This document shows, piece by piece, positions 16,884-23,033 of a stretch of DNA of 23,033 nucleotides. The stretch spans positions 1-23,033 of the forward strand of contig CAWAXX010000027.1 in assembly GCA_963786105.1 (NCBI GenBank), in the 5' to 3' direction. The stretch comes from Vulcanimicrobiota bacterium (GTDB lineage: Bacteria; Vulcanimicrobiota; Vulcanimicrobiia; Vulcanimicrobiales; Vulcanimicrobiaceae). The first letter of the stretch is position 1; each line of letters begins with the position of its first letter. Position numbers and translations under genes: made by a program. The notes below the pieces were generated by a model. The model worked only from the letters and a program-made list of their open reading frames with translations. It did no database searches and was not told the origin of the DNA.

Positions 16884-18073
16884 CGCACGAACCGTCGCTG
16901 GAGAAACTGGAGCGATGGATCGCACGGCGCTTCGCGGAGCGCGATGCAGTATCCGAGACGTTCTTCCCGCAGCAAGCCCGGCCGCTGGCTCTGGCCTGCC
17001 GGCAGACGTTCGAGCGGTTTCGCCGCGGCGGCCGTTTGCTGGCATTTGGAAGAGGCGCCTATGCGACCGACGCGCAGCACGTCTCGGTGGAGTTCGTTCA
17101 CCCCGTCATCGTCGGAAAGCGCGCCTTGCCGGCGATGGATTTGAGCTTGGCTTTCGCGCCGTGGATCGACGCGGTACTCGATCCGAACGATATCGTGATG
17201 GGCTTCGGGCCGCCCGAAAGCGATCCCGAGGTTATGCGCGTGCTGGAGCGGGCGCACGAGCGCGGCGCGCTCACTTTTGCGCTACCCGGAGAAAACGCCG
17301 ATTACTCGGTAGCGGCTCCCAGTACCGATCCGCACGTCCATCAAGAGATGATCGAGATTCTCTGTCACACGCTATACGAAACCGTGCACGTTTTTTTCGA
17401 GCACGACGAGATGGGACACGACGTCGGCGCGTCGAGCTTTCTCTATCCGTTTTTGGGCGAACGCAGCGGATCGCAGGATTCGCTGGTGGACGAAGTCGCC
17501 GCCTCGATCCTCATGAAAGCACAAGACGCGCGTCGCCTGCGCGGCGAGGTCGTCGCGAGCCAGGCCTCCGCGATGGCGCGCGCCGTAACGGCAATTGCCC
17601 GCGAGTTGCAATCGGGCGGCAAGCTCATCCTCTTCGGTAACGGAGGCTCGGCAACCGACGCCACGGATTGGGCGCTGGACTGCGTGATTCCCGAAGGAGA
17701 CGTTCGTCCAATTCCGGCCATTTCGCTGGCCCTCGAACCGGCCATCCTTACCGCCATTGCCAACGACGTCGGCACCGAGGTCATGTTCCTCCGGCAACTG
17801 GTCGCGCAAGCACGTCCGCACGACGTGGCCATTGCGCTCTCGACCAGCGGCGGATCGAAAAACGTCGTCGCGGCGCTCGAAGAGGCGCGCAAACGTGAGA
17901 TGCTCACCATCGCGCTGCTCGGATACGATGGCGGCGAGATCGTTCGCCGCGGGCTGGCCGACATTCCGATCGTCGTTCACAGCGACTACATCCCGCGGAT
18001 TCAAGAAGTCCAGGGAAGCATCTATCACGTCATGCGTGAGGCGTTGGATAGACTGGGCAGCGATGCCGCTTGA
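16877..18073 (+). CDS. Tandem SIS-domain, phosphoheptose isomerase (GmhA)-like protein
   Basis: Two GmhA-like halves: FGRGAYATDAQHVSVEFVHP, and FGNGGSATDA...TAIAND...STSGGSKNV...RIQE. Confidence 0.85.
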   Translation: MLTHEPSLEKLERWIARRFAERDAVSETFFPQQARPLALACRQTFERFRRGGRLLAFGRGAYATDAQHVSVEFVHPVIVGKRALPAMDLSLAFAPWIDAVLDPNDIVMGFGPPESDPEVMRVLERAHERGALTFALPGENADYSVAAPSTDPHVHQEMIEILCHTLYETVHVFFEHDEMGHDVGASSFLYPFLGERSGSQDSLVDEVAASILMKAQDARRLRGEVVASQASAMARAVTAIARELQSGGKLILFGNGGSATDATDWALDCVIPEGDVRPIPAISLALEPAILTAIANDVGTEVMFLRQLVAQARPHDVAIALSTSGGSKNVVAALEEARKREMLTIALLGYDGGEIVRRGLADIPIVVHSDYIPRIQEVQGSIYHVMREALDRLGSDAA

Positions 18074-18302
18074 GCTTTACGGGACGCGTTCGTGTCCCTA
18101 TACCGCCGAACTTCGCTCCGAGCTGCAGTGGGACGGCAAGCCGTTCGTCGAGTACGACGTCGAAGCCGACGCCGAGGCGCGCCGGCGTCTCTTCTCGCTC
18201 GTCAGCGGCGCGGTTAGCGTGCCCGTACTGGTCGAAGATGGGCAGGTCATACAGGTCGGCTGGAACGGCCAGGGCTGTTACGTAGCCGCCGCACGCACGT
18301 GA
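18063..18302 (+). CDS. Glutaredoxin-like protein (CPYT motif, C-terminal GC)
   Basis: ATG at 18063 gives MPLELYGTRSCPYT...EYDVEAD...SVPVLVEDG...VGWNGQGCYV, 79 aa. This is the 3' part of track ORF 17757..18302. Confidence 0.85.
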   Translation: MPLELYGTRSCPYTAELRSELQWDGKPFVEYDVEADAEARRRLFSLVSGAVSVPVLVEDGQVIQVGWNGQGCYVAAART

Positions 18303-20536
18303 TCGAGGCCCGGCACGTACGCATCACCGGGATCGTGCAGGGCGTCGGCTTCCGCCCGTTCGTCTACCGGTTGGCCCGCGCGCACGGTCTGCACGGCTGG
18401 GTGCTCAACGCCGAGACCGGCGTAGAGATCCACGTCGAAGGCGCGCCGGCGGCGCTGCCTGGTTTCCTCGGTGCGATCGAATCACAGGCGCCCGCGGCGT
18501 CGCGCATCGCGTCGTTCGACATCGTCCCGACGCTGGTGTCGGGATTCGACGATTTCACCATTCGCGAGAGCGTGCGAACGAGCCGTCCGACGGTGCGCGT
18601 TTCGCCCGATTTGCCCGTCTGCGAGGATTGCTTGCGCGAAATGGGCGATCCGGACGACCGCCGCTTCGGATACCCGTACATAAACTGCACCAATTGCGGC
18701 CCGCGCTACAGCATCATTCTAGGCTTGCCCTACGACCGTCCGCAGACGACGATGCGCGACTGGCCGATGTGCGAGCGCTGCGCCGCCGAATATCACGATC
18801 CGCTCGACCGCCGCTTTCACGCGCAGCCCATCGCGTGTCCCGTTTGCGGACCGTCGTACTATTTGACGGGCGACGGAATTATGGAGCGCGGCGACGCAGC
18901 GGTTTCCCGCGCCGCCGCACTGTTGCGCGAGGGTGCGATCGTAGCGATCAAAGGTTTGGGCGGCTACCACTTGGCTTGCGATGCAACGCTGCCCGAGGCC
19001 GTCGCGCGGTTGCGCGAACGAAAGTATCGAAAGGAGCGGCCCTTTGCGCTGATGACGCGCGATTTAGAAACGGCCTCGGCTTTGGTAGACCTCTCGCAGG
19101 AACGCGAACGCCTCTTGCAATCGGTGCAGCGGCCGATCGTGCTGGCTCCGGCAACGGTTGAGTTAGAGGGCGTCGCCCCGGAGAATCGCGATTACGGCGT
19201 CATGTTGCCCTATACGCCGCTACACCATTTGCTCTTCCGGCAAAGTGCGCCCAGCGTGCTGGTGATGACGAGCGCGAACCGCTCCAGCGAACCGATCGCG
19301 TACGCCGATGCCGACGCGTTGGAGCGGCTCTCCGGAATCGCCGACGCGTTCTTGGCCGGAGCGCGCGAAATCGCGCGCCGCGTCGACGACTCGGTGGCGG
19401 CGGTCGGCCCGTACGGTCCGGTCGTGCTCCGTCACGCGCGCGGCGGCGCGCCGGCTGCGATCGCCCGGCTGCCGACGCGCCGTCCGACACTTTGCACCGG
19501 CGCCGATTTGAAGAACGCGGTCACGCTGGTCGTCGACGGGCAAGCATTTACAAGCCAGCATATCGGCGATCTCGATCACTATGGATCGTTCGCGGCGTTC
19601 AAAGAGACGATCGCCGATCTCTGCACGATGTACGACGTGCCGATGGGCGAGCTTCTCGTCGTCCACGACGCGCACCCGGAATACGCGTCTACCCAGTACG
19701 CTCGCACGCTTCCGGGCGAACATCGAGCCATACAGCATCATCGCGCGCACGTCGCCAGCGTATTGGTCGAACGTGAGGCGTTCGATACGCCCGTCGCCGG
19801 GATCGCTTTCGACGGAACGGGTTACGGCGACGACGGAACGATCTGGGGCGGAGAGATCTTCACCGGCAGCTTGCGCGAGGGGCTAACGCGTGCCGTTTGG
19901 CTGCGTGAAGCCAAGCTGCCCGGCGGCGATGCCGCCGCGCGCCATCCGGTGCAAGCGGCGGCCGGCTTTTTGAGCGAGCTCGACGCACTGCCCGATCTCA
20001 CCGCCGCGCCCTTCGACTTCCCGGACCGCTACACCAAAGCAAAGCGGTTAGCCGAAAGCGGCCTTCGTACGTTCACCACGACGTCGGTCGGCCGGCTCTT
20101 CGACACGGTGGCGGCGCTGCTGGGCTTTACGCGTCCGATTACATTCGAGGGGCAGGCGGCGATGTGGGTCGAGCATCTCGCCTGGTCGGGGGCGAGCGAA
20201 GATAGCTATCCATTCCCCGTCGTCGATGCGCAGCTGGACTTTCGACCGTTGCTGGCGGCCATCGTCGCCGATCGCCGGCGCGGCCGCGACGTGCACGAGA
20301 TCGCGCGCGGCTTTCATCGCGCGTTGGCAGACGCAATCGCGAGCGCCGTCGAAACGCTCGAACCAAAGCAGATCGTCGCGTCGGGCGGCGTCTTTCAGAA
20401 CGCCCTGCTGGTCGAGCTGCTGGCGCAGCGGTTCGGCGACCGGCTTTGGATCAACCAAAAGGTTCCTGCCAACGACGGCGGGATCAGTCTTGGCCAGGCG
20501 GGCATTGCCGCCGTTTACTCCGGCGCGACCTGTTAG
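18299..20536 (+). CDS. hypF: Carbamoyltransferase HypF
   Basis: GIVQGVGFRPFVYR acylphosphatase domain, two zinc fingers (CEDC/CTNC, CERC/CPVC), KGLGGYHLAC, QHHRAH, DGTGYGDDG and PANDGGISLGQ. Confidence 0.97.
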   Translation: MIEARHVRITGIVQGVGFRPFVYRLARAHGLHGWVLNAETGVEIHVEGAPAALPGFLGAIESQAPAASRIASFDIVPTLVSGFDDFTIRESVRTSRPTVRVSPDLPVCEDCLREMGDPDDRRFGYPYINCTNCGPRYSIILGLPYDRPQTTMRDWPMCERCAAEYHDPLDRRFHAQPIACPVCGPSYYLTGDGIMERGDAAVSRAAALLREGAIVAIKGLGGYHLACDATLPEAVARLRERKYRKERPFALMTRDLETASALVDLSQERERLLQSVQRPIVLAPATVELEGVAPENRDYGVMLPYTPLHHLLFRQSAPSVLVMTSANRSSEPIAYADADALERLSGIADAFLAGAREIARRVDDSVAAVGPYGPVVLRHARGGAPAAIARLPTRRPTLCTGADLKNAVTLVVDGQAFTSQHIGDLDHYGSFAAFKETIADLCTMYDVPMGELLVVHDAHPEYASTQYARTLPGEHRAIQHHRAHVASVLVEREAFDTPVAGIAFDGTGYGDDGTIWGGEIFTGSLREGLTRAVWLREAKLPGGDAAARHPVQAAAGFLSELDALPDLTAAPFDFPDRYTKAKRLAESGLRTFTTTSVGRLFDTVAALLGFTRPITFEGQAAMWVEHLAWSGASEDSYPFPVVDAQLDFRPLLAAIVADRRRGRDVHEIARGFHRALADAIASAVETLEPKQIVASGGVFQNALLVELLAQRFGDRLWINQKVPANDGGISLGQAGIAAVYSGATC

Positions 20537-20645
20537 GGTGACGCCGGCGTCGTGCCGCGCTGTCTTTCGGCCGCCAGCCGTCTTCGATGGAATTCACCGG
20601 TCATCGATAGAATAACGCGACCATGACGCTAAGCAGGAGGGCGTA

Positions 20646-21221
20646 ATGTCAGGCATTCCGTGGGAGTCCGATTATAAGGCGGCGCTCGAGCGCGCCAAAA
20701 AGGACCGGAAGTTCGTCTTTCTGGACGTCTTCAACCCTGGTTGAGGGGGATGCCTAGCGCTGGATACCGTGACGTATCCTCAAACCGAAGTCGCCGAGAC
20801 GATCCTCGCCCATAGCATTCCGGTTCAGTTCGACAACTCGAAGAAAGAGAACAATCTCTTCCTGCACGACCTCCATCACATCTGGACGCCGGACATTCGC
20901 ATTCTCAACCACGACGGGTACGAGCTCTATCGCTGGGATGGATTTCTACCGCCGTCCGAGTTTATCGCGCGCACGCTCTGCGGGTTCGCGCTGGCGTACT
21001 TGCGTCTTAAACGCTTCGAACAGGCCGAAGCCGTATACGTCGACGTGCTCAAGCGCTTCTCGACCACATACGCGGCGCCCGAGGCGCAATACTATCTCGG
21101 CGTGACCCGGTATCGCCGCGATCCCGACAGCGACGAGCTGCTGACCCAATGGGCCAACCTGCGTTCGCGCTATCCGGAGAGCGAGTACCGGGTCAAGCAG
21201 TCGTTCAAGGATTTTCCGTAG
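20646..21221 (+). CDS. Probable selenoprotein: thioredoxin fold (UGGC active site) plus TPR-like C-terminus, 191 aa, Sec at codon 33
   Basis: AGGAGG RBS at 20635-20640 and ATG at 20646. The frame reads MSGIPWESDYKAALERAKKDRKFVFLDVFNPG-TGA(20742-20744)-GGCLALDTVTYP and joins track ORF 20769..21221 in frame. WTP cis-Pro-like motif and TPR-like helices follow. Confidence 0.85.
20745..20783 (+). promoter_or_regulatory. Putative bacterial SECIS element
   Basis: Perfect 6-bp stem GGATAC (20762-20767) / GTATCC (20774-20779) with loop CGTGAC. The loop begins 23 nt after the TGA and has GT at positions 2-3. Confidence 0.7.
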
Positions 21222-21248
21222 CGGCGTCGCCGCCCGGCCGCCTTGCCG

Positions 21249-21500
21249 TTACGTGCCTTCCTGTACCTCGATCAGGTGGTCGGCGACCAGGCCGTGCGCT
21301 TCGCGATGTACGGCGCTGGCGGCTTCGCGCGACGGTGCTTTGACGAGGCAAAAGACCTTGCCGGTTCCCTCGTCAAACCAGTAGCGCAAGTACTCGACGC
21401 CGTGTTTGTCTTGAACCTTGAGGTCGGCTTCGTGGGCGTGGGCCACGCCGTCGGCGGTCAACCCCTCGACGTGATCGTGGACGTCCATGTAAAGTGGCAC
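21249..21500 (-). CDS. DUF4242 / SCO4226-family (nickel-binding) protein
   Basis: MPLYMDVH...AHEADLKVQDKHGVEYLRYWFDEGTGKVFCLVKAPS...VHREAHGL. GTG start with an AGGAG RBS. Confidence 0.88.
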   Translation of the reverse strand: MPLYMDVHDHVEGLTADGVAHAHEADLKVQDKHGVEYLRYWFDEGTGKVFCLVKAPSREAASAVHREAHGLVADHLIEVQEGT

Positions 21501-21544
21501 GAAAAACTCCTATCGTGACGACGAGACGGAAGGTGAATGTGGTT

Positions 21545-21607
21545 AGTCTACGCCGGGAGGACGGGCGGGTAAATGACCGGCCGTCCCGAGTACCATGCTA
21601 ATCGTCC
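21545..21607 (-). promoter_or_regulatory. Candidate sigma70-type promoter for the DUF4242 gene, with upstream 21-bp-spaced direct repeats
   Basis: Minus strand TTTACC (21573-21568) - 17 nt - TAGACT (21550-21545). GGACG occurs at 21607-21603 and 21586-21582, plus an inverted copy at 21559-21563. Confidence 0.45.
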
Positions 21608-21626
21608 TAAGGGGCTTGCCGAGCTA

Positions 21627-22583
21627 GTGGACCCACTCTCCAGCATGCTGCGCGCCATCCGCCTTACCGGTGCGGTCTTCTTTGAGATCGACGCGGCGGA
21701 CCCGTGGGCCGCCGAAACGCCGCCCGGCAGCAGGATCGTGGATGCGGTTATGCCGGGTTCCGGACACCTGATTCCCTATCACGTCCTGACCTACGGGAAG
21801 TGCTGGGTGTGGCCCAATGGCGGTCAGCCGATTCAGCTGTCGGCCGGCGACATCGTGGTCTTTCCGCACGGCGATGCCCACGTCGTCGCCAGCGAACCCG
21901 GCATGCAAACCGTGCCCGACTACGATCGCTTTCGCGCGCCTCACGACCGGCCATTGCCGTTTCACCTGCGCATGGGAAGAGCGTCGGGAGAGTCGAGCGC
22001 GCACATGGTCTGCGGTTATCTCGGCTGCGACCGGCTCCCGTTCAATCCGTTGCTCGACTCGCTGCCGCGTGTGATTCACATCGGCGATCGCGACGGCGGC
22101 GCGCTGGCGGCGGCCTTTGCGCTGGCGCGAGAAGAGGCAAAGCACGACCGGATCGGCGGCGAGACGGTGCTCGGGCGCCTCAGCGAGCTGATGTTCGTGC
22201 AGGTCGTGCGCCGGTATTTGGAGACGCTGCCGCCGGAAGAGACGAACTGGCTCTCGGGTCTTCGCGACCCGGTCGTGGGCGCCGCGCTGACCGCCCTGCA
22301 CGGCAATCCGTCGCGCGAGTGGACCTTGAATCTACTGGCGCAGGAGGTCGGCGTATCGCGCTCGCGGCTGGCCGAACGTTTCACGCAACTCATGGCAGAG
22401 TCGCCGATGCAGTATTTGCTTCATTGGCGGATGCATCTCGCCGCCAACCGCTTGCGTGACGGCTCCGAAACCGTCGCTGCCGTTGCCGATGCGACCGGCT
22501 ACGAATCAGAAGTGGCCTTCAGCCGCGCATTTAAAAAGATCGTCGGAATGCCGCCGACGCAGTGGCGAAAAGAAGCGCGTTAA
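21627..22583 (+). CDS. AraC-family transcriptional regulator with an N-terminal cupin domain
   Basis: DPLSSMLRAIRLTG N-terminus (GTG 21627 preferred over ATG 21573), GDIVVFPHGDAH, and the C-terminal double HTH WTLNLLAQEVGVSRS...GYESEVAFSRAFKK. Confidence 0.93.
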   Translation: MDPLSSMLRAIRLTGAVFFEIDAADPWAAETPPGSRIVDAVMPGSGHLIPYHVLTYGKCWVWPNGGQPIQLSAGDIVVFPHGDAHVVASEPGMQTVPDYDRFRAPHDRPLPFHLRMGRASGESSAHMVCGYLGCDRLPFNPLLDSLPRVIHIGDRDGGALAAAFALAREEAKHDRIGGETVLGRLSELMFVQVVRRYLETLPPEETNWLSGLRDPVVGAALTALHGNPSREWTLNLLAQEVGVSRSRLAERFTQLMAESPMQYLLHWRMHLAANRLRDGSETVAAVADATGYESEVAFSRAFKKIVGMPPTQWRKEAR

Positions 22584-22751
22584 TTGGTTGCGAGGGCCTT
22601 ACGGTTGATTCCACGAATTGCGCCGCATGATCGGGGATCTCGCTATCCGCAGGTTCCGTCGCGCGTCGAGTACGACTCACGCCGCTGGGGCGCTCGCTCT
22701 GTGGGCCGCTCGGTTCGCTCGCCCAGACTCGGTTCGACGTGGGCCGCGCCG

Positions 22752-23033
22752 GTGGCTAAGGCGGCACTGCCGGCACTCTTCATCGGTCACGGCAACCCGC
22801 TCAACGCGCTGCGAGAGAACGAATACACGTGCGCGTGGGCGTCCTTGGGAGAGTCAATCCGCCGGCCGCGGGTTATTCTCTGCGTTTCGGCGCATTGGTG
22901 CGCCCCGCAAACGTCGGTGACGGCTATGGCGCGGCCGCGTACCATCCACGACTTCGGCGGTTTTCCGCGGGCACTCTTCGAGGTGGAGTATCCGGCGCCG
23001 GGAGATCCGGCGTTTGTCGATCGCGTTGCTGCG
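22752..23033 (+). CDS. ygiD: 4,5-DOPA dioxygenase extradiol / LigB-family protein, partial (runs off the window)
   Basis: Absent from the ORF track because there is no stop in the window. Reads LPALFIGHGNPLNAL...ILCVSAHW...TIHDFGGFPRALFEVEYPAPGDP. Start position uncertain (GTG 22752). Confidence 0.88.
   Translation, partial: MAKAALPALFIGHGNPLNALRENEYTCAWASLGESIRRPRVILCVSAHWCAPQTSVTAMARPRTIHDFGGFPRALFEVEYPAPGDPAFVDRVAA

Noticed and set aside
20769..21221. Track ORF of 150 aa as the complete gene, or 20646-20744 as a separate 32-aa peptide or pseudogene
   Set aside because: The GTG at 20769 has no clear RBS and lies in the hairpin loop. The upstream segment supplies the missing thioredoxin strand and active site in frame, and the stop is TGA exactly at the catalytic Cys position. 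A nonsense mutation is less likely but is not formally excluded.
21221..21248. GC-rich inverted repeat between the convergent selenoprotein and DUF4242 genes as an intrinsic terminator
   Set aside because: The stem is short with a minimal loop and there is no U-tract on either strand.
22618..22920. Track ORF of 100 aa after the AraC gene
   Set aside because: It is Arg-rich with no motifs and overlaps the ygiD frame, which carries clear family signatures.

Overview
GC-rich bacterial window dominated by an apparently complete group 1h (high-affinity, 'Actinobacteria-type') [NiFe]-hydrogenase locus. The + strand carries hhyS-hhyL, a NifU-like protein, three conserved accessory genes, a maturation protease, a small protein, two tandem YceI-like paralogues, hypC, a CxxC-HypC variant, hypD, hypE, a double-SIS GmhA-like protein, a glutaredoxin-like protein and hypF. 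A divergent unit carries hypA-hypB, a large MalT/STAND-like regulator and a NiCoT nickel permease. The most notable hidden feature lies directly after hypF: a thioredoxin-fold/TPR gene (20646-21221) with an in-frame TGA in the active-site position (U-G-G-C) and a bacterial SECIS-like hairpin. It is a probable selenoprotein that the ORF track truncates. Other candidates are a His-rich micro-protein coupled to a ribbon-helix-helix-like gene, two GTAAC-N6-GTAAC boxes in the divergent promoter, a HypB with His->Arg at its metal site, and leaderless YceI-like proteins as possible quinone carriers. The right flank holds a DUF4242/SCO4226-type gene, a cupin-AraC regulator and a partial ygiD. All family assignments come from motif recognition by eye; no database searches were run.
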